DNA from: Methylorubrum extorquens
GTDB taxonomy: Bacteria > Pseudomonadota > Alphaproteobacteria > Rhizobiales > Beijerinckiaceae
DNA: 32,000 bases
Direction of reading: 5' to 3'
NCBI GenBank assembly: GCA_900234795.1
Contig: LT962688.1
Span: forward strand, 2,970,001-3,002,000
Position numbers and translations under genes: made by a program. The notes under the pieces are model-generated. The model was not told the DNA's origin. It ran no database searches and saw nothing but the letters and a program-made list of their open reading frames with translations. Shown here one piece after another: positions 8,249 through 16,736 of the stretch (its first letter is position 1; the number at the start of each line of letters is the position of its first letter).

Positions 8249-11200
8249 ATGGTCCTGACCAAGCGGATGACGCTTGGGCTCGGCCGCTTCAAGATCCACG
8301 CCATCAAGGCTGGCGGAGCTACGTTCTGGACTGAGGAAACCGGTCTCGAGGGCGCCTTCAACGTCGCCGGCAATGCCGTCGAGTTCCTTTACGAGAAGCC
8401 GTCGCAGCTCGCCGTCGGCGATGCGGTGTCGAGCGGCGACGTCGCCGGGCAGGAGCTGCCGCGCCCGGGCGGCAATCCGGCGGTCACGCCGTGGTTCCGG
8501 CTGGCACCGCAGGGTGTCTCCGTCGATCAGGCCCTGCTGTCTTGGTCGTACCAGTCGGTGTCGCGCACGTCGTCGGCCGGGCGCCAGGCCGCGGGTTATG
8601 CCGGCGTCGTCTTCATGGCGCGCCGCATCGATCCGGTCAGCGGCGCAGCTATGGGCGCGCCGTTCGAGCTGCTGCGCGACGCCATCGGCCCGGTTCTGAG
8701 CCCGGCAACCGCCCTGCGCTACTCCAGGACGGTGCGCCTGCCCGCCCGTGGAGCCTACGAGGTTTATGGGCAGAACCTCTACCCCGACGCCGCCTTCGCC
8801 GAGAACAAGGCGAGCTGGGACGAGCTGGTCGGGCTCATCGATGACGTCCGGATCCGGCCGGCAACGACGGAGATCGTGGTCCAGGTCCGCGCGGGCCCGG
8901 GCTTGAACTTCGCTGCCTTCAGCGACGTGAGCGTCCTCGCGACCCGCATCCTGCCGGTGTTGAACGGCTCGACCTGGACGGAAGAGCCGACCCGCAAGGC
9001 GGTGTGGGCCGCGGCCGACCTCGTGCGCAACGAGTACGGCCTCGATCAGCCCGACGGCTTCGACGTGGCCAAGGCGCTGCATTACATCGGCGAGCTGAAG
9101 GCCGACGACACGTTCGACGGCGCTCTGCCCGAGGTTTCGTCCTATTGGGAGGCCGCCGGCATCGTCCTGCTTCCGATGCGGGCCGACCCGGTGAAGGTTG
9201 GCGTGGTGCATTCGTTCGTGCGCGACGAGAGCCGCGACGAACCACGCCATGTCCTCACCCGCCGGCAGATCGTGCGCGACTCTGGCGGCGCCAGCTTCCA
9301 GCTCCTCGGCGAGGGCGGGGACGTCATCGTCGAGTTCGACCGCGACGGCGATCCGAAGCGGCCGGACGAGGCCCGCTACAGCTACGGCACGCCCTCGCGC
9401 ACGCCGCGGCGTTACAAGGTGCCGGGCATCACCGATGGCGATCATGCCTATCGCCATGCCAAGTGGCTAGCGCTGGTGTCGGTGTTCCGCGGCGCCTCGC
9501 GCACCGTGGTCACCGAATGGGACGGGCGCCTCGTCTACCCGGGCGATCACGTCCTCTCGGATCTGTGGTTCCTGAAGGGGCCGGTGGTCTATGGCGTCGC
9601 CGGCGCCGTCGGCCGCATCCTCACCTTGGACTGCGACGCGAACCTCTCCTCCGAGTGGGGCTTCGGCTCGATCCGGACGCGGTTCGGCCGGGAGTGGGGC
9701 ATCCTGCGGATGCGCGGCCTCGGTGCTCGCCGCGTCGAGCTGCACCCCGACGACGTTGCGGTCGCGGAAGCCCGCGTCGTCCAGACTGTGGACGGGCCGA
9801 TCCGGCTTGCCCTAGCCGATGTGCTCGCTCGCGACACCCAAGATCCGACCACCCTCGTCGTCGGCGAGCTCGAGGAGCTGCAGGAAACCTACGTCGTCCG
9901 CGCGGCGCTTCCGACCGATGCCGACCACGTCCGCATCGAGATGCTGCAGGACGATCGGCGCATCTGGGAGCTGCTGGGCGAGGAGGTGCGCGGCCCGCTG
10001 CCGGTCAATCCGGACGCCCTGGCCGAGCCGCTGCTGCCGAACATCAAGACGCTTCGGGCGCGGTGCGAACGCATTGAGACCGGCATCGAGGTGGTGTGGA
10101 GCATCGCTCCGCCCCGTGGCGCGCGATCCTACGACGTTTGGATCTCGTATGACGGTGACGTCACCCGGGAGCGGCTGTCGAGTGGCACGGCGAAAGAGGG
10201 ACGCGCGCCGATCCGGCAGTCCGAGTCCATCGTCACGCTGATCGCCGTCGCCTACGGCAGCACCGGCTTGGCAGGCCGCGAGGCGGAGACCACGTTCACG
10301 ACGGTGGCGCCGATCGTCCAGGGCAGCCTTGTCGATGTCTCGACCATCCCGCCCATCCCCTACGAGAAGCTGGGTCCGGACGCGCAGGCCAAGATCGCCG
10401 AGGCCGAGGCGGCTGCCGACGCCGCCATGGCTCGGGCCGAGGCCGCTGGCGCAGAAGTCGACGCCGTAGGGCAGGCCGCCCGCACGCGGGTCGAGGCGGT
10501 GCGTCGGTCGCTCGCCGTCGATCCGAAGGTGCGCGCCGGCTTCGTCGATGCGATCATCGGCGACGTCCGCCAGGATCTCGCCGTGCTCACCGACGCCTCG
10601 CTGCGCCTGCAGCACGAGGTCGCGATCCTGAAGGACACGCAGGCCGCGGCCGGCATCGAGGTGTTGAGCGCCGAGGGGCGGGTGCGCATCGCTGCGGTGT
10701 CGCAGCTGGAGACGGCGGTGGGCGAGCGCCTGACCTCGCTCTCCATCACGGTCGATGCCTTGCGCGGGCAGATCGAGCTGTACGGATCGGTCCAGGGCAA
10801 GGATGTGTCCGGTCTTGTCACCGAGATCAACGCCGTCCGTGTTCGTCTCGATGCGGTGGCCGCGACAGTCTCGACGCTGGCGACTTCGGCGCAGTTCGAT
10901 GCGCTGGGCGCCCGTGTTGGCACGGCCGAGCAGACCATCAGCGCGCAGACCGCCGCGATCGAGCAAAGGGCGACGCTCACCACGGTCAACGCGCAGGGCA
11001 CGCGCCTGACGACGGCCGAGAACCGCATCTCGGCGGCCGAGGGGCGCATCACCAGCGTCGTCACCGCCGCCGGCACGAGCGCGGTGGACACCGCCCTATT
11101 GCCGGGGCTGCTGTCGCGCTTCGCCGATGTGCTCGGCCAGCAGATCGGCGCCATCCAGGAGAACTTGGCCCGCGCCGAGACCAGCGCCAGCGCGAACATC

Positions 11201-12772
11201 GACGAGACAGGCCGCTCGATTGCGGAGGTCTCCACCCGCCTGCTCGCCTTCCGAGGCGAGGCCACGGCGCAGTTCGACACCGTCACCCGCGCGATTGCCA
11301 GCACCAGCGAGGCAGTCGTTCAAAACCAGACGCTGCTCTCCGCGCAGATCGGCAAGGTCTCGGCGGATGTCACGTCGGAGACGTTGGTGCGAGCGACGGC
11401 CGACAGTGCACAGACGATCCGAACGGATGGGGCGCTCTCGCGGATCGGCACGGCCGAGGCCGGGCTCAACAGCCTGAACCAGTCGCTGACGACCAACCTT
11501 GCGTCGATCGCCTCGCAGTTCCAGGGCGTCAATGCGCGCTTCGGCACCGCCGAGGCGAACATCCAGACGCTGTACACGTCCTATGCAGCCGGCGACGCGG
11601 CCAACGCGGCGGTCACTCAGACCCTACGCGCGGACTTCATGGCGACCACGGCCAGTCAGAACGCCTACAACATCGAGACGCGGCAGGTCATCGCCAACGG
11701 CGACAGCGCGAACGCGCAGTCGATCAACGCCCTCAGAGCGGACGTCAACACGCACGTTGGCAACCTGAACGCCTACAACGTCGAGACACGACAGGTGATC
11801 GTGAACGGCGACAGCGCGCAGGCCACTCGCACCGACCAACTCGTCGCTCAAACCAACCAGGATCGCGCCTTCTTCCTGTCGGAGAACAGCGCCCGATTCA
11901 ATCAAACCGAGGGGGTTGCGCGTGCGCTGAATGCCCTGTCCGTGCAGACCACCGCGGATCGCGGCTACTTCCTGGCCGAGCAGACCGCACGGATCAATCA
12001 GGATGGCGTCTTCGCCGGTCAGTTCCAAGACGTCTATGCCCGTACCGACGCAGGCACGGCGGCCGGCCGGATCAAATTCGAAGCGATCTCAGCCAATGGT
12101 GCTCCAGGGGTCGTGGCCCGGTACTCGATCCAGCTTTCAACTGAGCGGAATGGGGTCTTTCGCAACTCCGGTCTGTTCATGGATATGTCGGCAGACGGCT
12201 CGTCGCGGGTCGTTATCGACGCCAACTTGTTCGCCATCACGGCCAACGGCGGCCTATCCTACCCGTTCACCTTCGACGGGCAGACGCTCACCGTGAATAG
12301 CCTGCGGGTGACGCAGCAGGCCATTCTGCCGGGCGCTGTGTCAGATCGGCTTTCGCTCGTCGCTCAGGAGGTTGATGGCGGCGGGTTTTCCAACGATTGG
12401 CGTGAAGTCCCCGGAACGGGAACTACGTTGTATCCCGATACGAATTGGGGATTGATGTTTAGCGGCACAGCGATCCTCAACGCTGTTGCGCAAGGTAATG
12501 GCAATCTATCGACCAATACCAGGCTTGTGGTCGCCGTCGGCCTTGATGGCGCACCCTACGGCGCGTCGTTCGCTGTTGCTTCAGCGACGGGAGGAGGTGG
12601 CGGTCCGCCAGTTCATACCGTTGATACGGGCATCGCATCCAGTCCGGCCTTCTTCGAGATCTTACCCGCAGGAACCCCGAGGCGGATAGCGCTACTCTAT
12701 CAGCTTACTGGCCAAATCGGCTCCGGCAAGATCAAGTTCGGCCAATTGAAAGCGCAAGTAACGAAGCGCTGA
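8249..12772 (+). CDS. Host-specificity / central tail fibre protein, J-like
   Basis: One uninterrupted frame ends at 12772. An internal ATG at 8249 has GAGG 9 nt upstream. Segments resemble lambda J from memory (...DGDHAYRHAKWLAL...; C-terminal ...VIDANLFAI...). The true N-terminus is uncertain because the frame is open back to 7448. Confidence 0.8.
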   Translation: MVLTKRMTLGLGRFKIHAIKAGGATFWTEETGLEGAFNVAGNAVEFLYEKPSQLAVGDAVSSGDVAGQELPRPGGNPAVTPWFRLAPQGVSVDQALLSWSYQSVSRTSSAGRQAAGYAGVVFMARRIDPVSGAAMGAPFELLRDAIGPVLSPATALRYSRTVRLPARGAYEVYGQNLYPDAAFAENKASWDELVGLIDDVRIRPATTEIVVQVRAGPGLNFAAFSDVSVLATRILPVLNGSTWTEEPTRKAVWAAADLVRNEYGLDQPDGFDVAKALHYIGELKADDTFDGALPEVSSYWEAAGIVLLPMRADPVKVGVVHSFVRDESRDEPRHVLTRRQIVRDSGGASFQLLGEGGDVIVEFDRDGDPKRPDEARYSYGTPSRTPRRYKVPGITDGDHAYRHAKWLALVSVFRGASRTVVTEWDGRLVYPGDHVLSDLWFLKGPVVYGVAGAVGRILTLDCDANLSSEWGFGSIRTRFGREWGILRMRGLGARRVELHPDDVAVAEARVVQTVDGPIRLALADVLARDTQDPTTLVVGELEELQETYVVRAALPTDADHVRIEMLQDDRRIWELLGEEVRGPLPVNPDALAEPLLPNIKTLRARCERIETGIEVVWSIAPPRGARSYDVWISYDGDVTRERLSSGTAKEGRAPIRQSESIVTLIAVAYGSTGLAGREAETTFTTVAPIVQGSLVDVSTIPPIPYEKLGPDAQAKIAEAEAAADAAMARAEAAGAEVDAVGQAARTRVEAVRRSLAVDPKVRAGFVDAIIGDVRQDLAVLTDASLRLQHEVAILKDTQAAAGIEVLSAEGRVRIAAVSQLETAVGERLTSLSITVDALRGQIELYGSVQGKDVSGLVTEINAVRVRLDAVAATVSTLATSAQFDALGARVGTAEQTISAQTAAIEQRATLTTVNAQGTRLTTAENRISAAEGRITSVVTAAGTSAVDTALLPGLLSRFADVLGQQIGAIQENLARAETSASANIDETGRSIAEVSTRLLAFRGEATAQFDTVTRAIASTSEAVVQNQTLLSAQIGKVSADVTSETLVRATADSAQTIRTDGALSRIGTAEAGLNSLNQSLTTNLASIASQFQGVNARFGTAEANIQTLYTSYAAGDAANAAVTQTLRADFMATTASQNAYNIETRQVIANGDSANAQSINALRADVNTHVGNLNAYNVETRQVIVNGDSAQATRTDQLVAQTNQDRAFFLSENSARFNQTEGVARALNALSVQTTADRGYFLAEQTARINQDGVFAGQFQDVYARTDAGTAAGRIKFEAISANGAPGVVARYSIQLSTERNGVFRNSGLFMDMSADGSSRVVIDANLFAITANGGLSYPFTFDGQTLTVNSLRVTQQAILPGAVSDRLSLVAQEVDGGGFSNDWREVPGTGTTLYPDTNWGLMFSGTAILNAVAQGNGNLSTNTRLVVAVGLDGAPYGASFAVASATGGGGGPPVHTVDTGIASSPAFFEILPAGTPRRIALLYQLTGQIGSGKIKFGQLKAQVTKR

Positions 12773-12847
12773 GCGCTGCCGCGCCTTCCAAACTCACCCG
12801 CGAACAAATCCGCTCCGCTCTTCCCTCGCTTCTGAGGACGCTCGCCT

Positions 12848-14107
12848 ATGGCCCTGTACGGACCTTCCACCGCCACCGCATCGGTGACGGCCAACACCAA
12901 TCTCGTCACCATCGCCGGCATGGATCTCACGATCGTCACGCCCGGCATGACGATCAGCCTCGGCGCTCGCGATCGGAAGACGGGTGATGCCTGGATCATT
13001 GGCGCCGTCGCACCGAACGGCACCAACGGCGGCACGGTCACCACCGCCGGCAGCATCACCACCAGCTACGCCAACGCGCCCTTCGTCATCGACACGACCG
13101 GCTATCTCGGCACCGATGCCAGCTATGCCGCGGCCACCAGCCTGGCGCTGCTGCAGACGCTCGCCACCCTGTTTGGCCCGGCCACCAACCTCTATTCCGG
13201 CGCCCGGCAGATCGTCCTCGACAAGCTCGCCTCGACGGCGCTGGGGCGGATCGCCTTTGCCATCGCCGGCCGAACCTGGGGCGACCTCGTCCACCGCGAG
13301 TACGCCTACACGCCCACCGGAGGGTCGCAGATCGCGACGCAGTTGATGGAGCTTCGGGCTTTTCCCGACGGCTCCACGCCGATCGATGCGCTCCGCGTCG
13401 ACCTTTCGGCCGGGACGGTAGATTTCCGCCAGAACGAGATGGCGATGGCCTCGGCCTCGACCACCGATCTCGGCTCGGCGCCGGCGGGCCGCGTCGTGAT
13501 CACCGGCTCGGCGGCGATCCTGTCGTTCGGGGCGGGCAAGAACCTCACCCGCCTCTTGCGCTTCACGGCCGCTTGCACGCTCACGCACAACGCGACGAGC
13601 CTCATCCTGCCGGGTTCAGCCAACATCGTTACGGCCGCGGGCGATACGGCGCTCGCAACCTCCGACGCGGCCGGCAACTGGCGGGTGAGGCACTACACGC
13701 GGGCGACCGGCTATCCGCTCATCAGCCCTCAAGTGGTGAGTGGCAACTGCGGGGCGGCCAGCATTCCGGCCGGAAATACCCGATACTTCGCCCATGGCAT
13801 CGTCGCTGTCGCTGCGAGCCAGGCCTACATTCCGGCGGGACGCCGAGGGCGGTTCAGCAAGCTCCGGGTGGCGACGCCCGGTCCGCCGGGTGTCGGCGAG
13901 ACGTGGACGATCACGCTACAGAAGCTGTTCTCCGACACTGCGCTCACCTGCACGATCTCGGGCTCGGGCTCGAACGATGCGTCCGACCTCGTCAACAGCG
14001 TGCTGTTCGAGGCGTCCGACCGCTGGTCGCTCAAGGTCGTCTCGAGCGCGGGAGCGTCCGCGACGAACTGCATCCTGTTCTCCATGCTGTTCGAGGCGAT
14101 CGACTGA
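12848..14107 (+). CDS. Tail fibre protein
   Basis: It is 419 aa and follows the J-like gene. The motif ...VITGSAAILSFGAGKN...LTHNATSLILPGSANIVTAAGD...GNWRV is one I recall from alphaproteobacterial phage fibre proteins. Confidence 0.6.
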   Translation: MALYGPSTATASVTANTNLVTIAGMDLTIVTPGMTISLGARDRKTGDAWIIGAVAPNGTNGGTVTTAGSITTSYANAPFVIDTTGYLGTDASYAAATSLALLQTLATLFGPATNLYSGARQIVLDKLASTALGRIAFAIAGRTWGDLVHREYAYTPTGGSQIATQLMELRAFPDGSTPIDALRVDLSAGTVDFRQNEMAMASASTTDLGSAPAGRVVITGSAAILSFGAGKNLTRLLRFTAACTLTHNATSLILPGSANIVTAAGDTALATSDAAGNWRVRHYTRATGYPLISPQVVSGNCGAASIPAGNTRYFAHGIVAVAASQAYIPAGRRGRFSKLRVATPGPPGVGETWTITLQKLFSDTALTCTISGSGSNDASDLVNSVLFEASDRWSLKVVSSAGASATNCILFSMLFEAID

Positions 14108-14109
14108 CC

Positions 14110-14556
14110 ATGCCGCTCAAGCAGATCCGCGACGACCAGGGCCGCAAGGTCGCCTACCTCTCCATTGCACAGGGTGAGGCCGTCCCAGCCTTGCCTGAGG
14201 GCTGGGTGTTCGAGCCGGCCGATGACACGCCCCTATGGCAGCCGCCGACCGGAGTGATCTCGGATCGGCAGTTCGCGCAGGCGCTCGCCCTCGATGGGAT
14301 CATCACGAAGGCCGAAGCGCTTGCCTGGGCCGCCCGCGGCGACCTGCCGGAGGCGATGACCGACGCGCTGGCAGAGATCCCCGAGGCGGGCGGTCAGCGC
14401 TTCGGCGCGCACATGCTGCTGGCCGGCGCCACCACCTTCGAGCGCCATCATCCGCTGACGGACGCTCTGGGCGCGCTCCTGACCAACGCTGCCACCAGCA
14501 AGCCTTACGACGCCGCCGCGCTCGATGCGCTGTGGTCCCGCGCCGCCGACCTCTGA
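14110..14556 (+). CDS. Hypothetical phage protein (possible fibre accessory or assembly protein)
   Basis: The ATG lies 3 nt after the tail fibre stop. High GC3. Product is 148 aa. No family named. Confidence 0.5.
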   Translation: MPLKQIRDDQGRKVAYLSIAQGEAVPALPEGWVFEPADDTPLWQPPTGVISDRQFAQALALDGIITKAEALAWAARGDLPEAMTDALAEIPEAGGQRFGAHMLLAGATTFERHHPLTDALGALLTNAATSKPYDAAALDALWSRAADL

Positions 14557-14567
14557 GGAGCCGTCCC

Positions 14568-14864
14568 ATGCTGACGCTGACCAAGACCGTCACGACGACG
14601 GAAACACTCGACACGCCCGAGTCCATCGCCGAGCATATCCACGACGAGTACCTGCGGCGAACTGGCGCCGCACCGTTCAAGTTCGGCGACCGGGTGCGGA
14701 TCACCCGCCGTGACGGCATCCCGCCCGAGTTCATGGTCGGCGACGTGGGCACGGTGATGCTGTGCGATCCCGAGTTTTCGCCGCTCACCACCCTGATGGG
14801 CGTGAACGCCTCTGGCATGACGATCCAGTTCCCGGTGCAGACGGCGAACCTCGAAGCCGCCTAA
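14568..14864 (+). CDS. Hypothetical phage protein, 98 aa
   Basis: ATG with GAGGAG 7 nt upstream. High GC3. No family recognised. Confidence 0.5.
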   Translation: MLTLTKTVTTTETLDTPESIAEHIHDEYLRRTGAAPFKFGDRVRITRRDGIPPEFMVGDVGTVMLCDPEFSPLTTLMGVNASGMTIQFPVQTANLEAA

Positions 14865-14933
14865 GCCCGACCCGCTCGCTGCGCCACCCGGCCCGAGCCC
14901 GACACGTCCCCCTCAACATCGGAGAACACCATC

Positions 14934-15734
14934 ATGACCGTCGCCGAGATCCGGCGCGCTCTCTTGGCGCGCGGGTATGCCGTCGATACCGCCGGCGGCC
15001 TGGACGGGGCTATCCGCGCCTTCCAGCGCGATGCCGGGCTCGTACCCGACGGCGACGTCGGCCCGCTCACCCGGGCCGCCTTCGCCAAGCCGATCGCGAC
15101 GAAGCCGACCGGCACGACGGCGCCGATCGGCGGCATCGCCGGCCTCGTGACGGTCGCGCGGCTGCGGCGCTTCGAGCCGTTCGCCAGCGCGGAGATCCTC
15201 GCGGCGATCGCCGGCGACGTCGCCGCGATCGAGGCGGCCGGCATCACCACCCCGAAGCGCCTGGCGCACTTCCTAGCGCAGGTTGCCCACGAGTCCGCCG
15301 GCCTCGCCCGCACGGAAGAGGCACTGTCCTACTCGGCCCCGCGCCTGGTGGAGGTGTGGCCGAGCCGATTCCCGACTGTCGCCGCCGCGACACCCTACGC
15401 CCGCAACCCGCAGGCGCTGGCCAACAAGGTCTACGGTGGCCGGCTCGGCAACCGCCTGGCCGGCGACGGCTGGCGGTACCGCGGCGGTGGCGGCCTCGGG
15501 ACCACCGGCCGCGCGAACTACGCGGAGGCTGGCTTCGAGGCCGATCCGGACGCGCTGCGCCGTCCGGAGAACTTCCTGGCGCCGGCGCTGCTCTACTGGC
15601 GCACCCGCGGCTGCAACGCGCTGGCCGATCGGGACGACGTCGTCGGCATCACGGTGAAGATCAACGGCGGCAAGAACGGCCTCGCCGACCGCCGCACGCG
15701 CCTGGCGGCGGCCGAGCGCGTCTTCATCGCCTGA
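14934..15734 (+). CDS. Endolysin: N-terminal peptidoglycan-binding domain plus glycoside hydrolase family 19 domain
   Basis: LDGAIRAFQRDAGLVPDGDVGPLT looks like a PG_binding_1 domain. HFLAQVAHESAGL...NKVYGGRLGN...YRGGG looks like a GH19 domain. GGAGAA lies upstream of the ATG. Confidence 0.8.
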   Translation: MTVAEIRRALLARGYAVDTAGGLDGAIRAFQRDAGLVPDGDVGPLTRAAFAKPIATKPTGTTAPIGGIAGLVTVARLRRFEPFASAEILAAIAGDVAAIEAAGITTPKRLAHFLAQVAHESAGLARTEEALSYSAPRLVEVWPSRFPTVAAATPYARNPQALANKVYGGRLGNRLAGDGWRYRGGGGLGTTGRANYAEAGFEADPDALRRPENFLAPALLYWRTRGCNALADRDDVVGITVKINGGKNGLADRRTRLAAAERVFIA

Positions 15735-15788
15735 CCCGATCCGAGCGCCGGCGGTTTCCGGCGCCCCTCCCTTGTCGGAGATCTCCCC

Positions 15789-16181
15789 ATGTCGAAGCTC
15801 TTCCTCGCCCCCGGCGTCGTCGCCGGGCTGCTCGCGCTCGTCGGCGCCCTATCCGCGGCCTTCGGCTACCCGCTCGCCGGCGCCATCCTGGCCGATCCCG
15901 GCACGGCGGTGAACGCCACCATGGTGGTCACCGGTGTCGTCGGCCTCGTCGCCGGCATCCTCGGCGGCGTTCGCGGGACCGGTGTCCCGGCTCTGCCCGC
16001 CCCGGCCGTCGCCGCGGGCCTGTTCGCCCTGGTGAGCGCGCTCGCCAACGCGGCAGGCTACCCGCTCGCCGGCGCGATGCTGTCGGACCCCGGCACCGCC
16101 ACTCAGGCGACCGCGGTGCTGACCGGCCTCGGCGCGGTTCTCGCCGGCGTCCTGCCCGGCCTGCGCAAGCCCGCCGCGTGA
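15789..16181 (+). CDS. Holin candidate: 130-aa membrane protein with four predicted TM helices, built from an internal duplication
   Basis: It lies directly after the endolysin and has GGAGA upstream. Residues 10-60 and 74-124 are 32/51 identical by hand alignment. Confidence 0.5.
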   Translation: MSKLFLAPGVVAGLLALVGALSAAFGYPLAGAILADPGTAVNATMVVTGVVGLVAGILGGVRGTGVPALPAPAVAAGLFALVSALANAAGYPLAGAMLSDPGTATQATAVLTGLGAVLAGVLPGLRKPAA

Positions 16182-16232
16182 CCTGATCGCCGCCCGCCGC
16201 TCCCGGCGGGCGGTCTCCGCGCGGAGCCGACG

Positions 16233-16667
16233 ATGCCCGCCAACCCGTCGCCCTCCCCACCGGCCGTCCTGATCCGTGCCGAGCTCGATGCCATCGGCGC
16301 CGAGCTGGCGGTGCGCCTCCCGATCTCCGAACCGATACACCGTGCCATGGCCTCGAGCATCGACATCGGCTTCGACGGTCCGCCGGCCGAGCGCATCGCC
16401 GTCTCTCTCGCGCGGCTCGACGAGCGGCAGAAGGCCATGCAGGACACGGCCGACGCCCGCCATGGGCAGCTCGTCGCCATGCTGGCCGAGTACGCGACCC
16501 GCGCCGAGGTCGAGGCGAAGCACGTCAACATCGACACCCGCATCGGCGCCGTCGAGGATCGCGTTGAGAAGATCGAGGCGCGGACTTGGAAGGTGGTCGC
16601 CGGCATACTGTCGGCGGTTGGCACTGCCCTCGCCGGCGCCATCACGCTACACTTCCGGGGCGGTTAG
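16233..16667 (+). CDS. Tail-anchored coiled-coil protein, a possible lysis accessory
   Basis: It is 144 aa with GGAG 7 nt upstream and a single C-terminal TM segment (WKVVAGILSAVGTALAGAITLHF). It is the last + strand gene before the terminator. Confidence 0.45.
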   Translation: MPANPSPSPPAVLIRAELDAIGAELAVRLPISEPIHRAMASSIDIGFDGPPAERIAVSLARLDERQKAMQDTADARHGQLVAMLAEYATRAEVEAKHVNIDTRIGAVEDRVEKIEARTWKVVAGILSAVGTALAGAITLHFRGG

Positions 16668-16705
16668 CGACCATCACACCCCTCGACCCGTTGACCGTAT
16701 CGCGG

Positions 16706-16736
16706 CGCCCCTCGGCTTCGGCCGGGGGGCGTTTTC
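16706..16736 (+). terminator. Intrinsic terminator closing the phage late operon
   Basis: CGCCCCTCGGC (16706-16716) pairs with GCCGGGGGGCG (16721-16731): 11 bp including one G.U pair, around a TTCG loop. TTTT follows at 16732-16735. Confidence 0.6.

Noticed and set aside
11660-11875. The repeat pair in the J-like gene as a diversity-generating retroelement TR/VR pair.
   Set aside because: There is no reverse transcriptase in the window. The six differences (a/g, g/a, g/a, c/g, c/t, c/g) are not adenine-specific.
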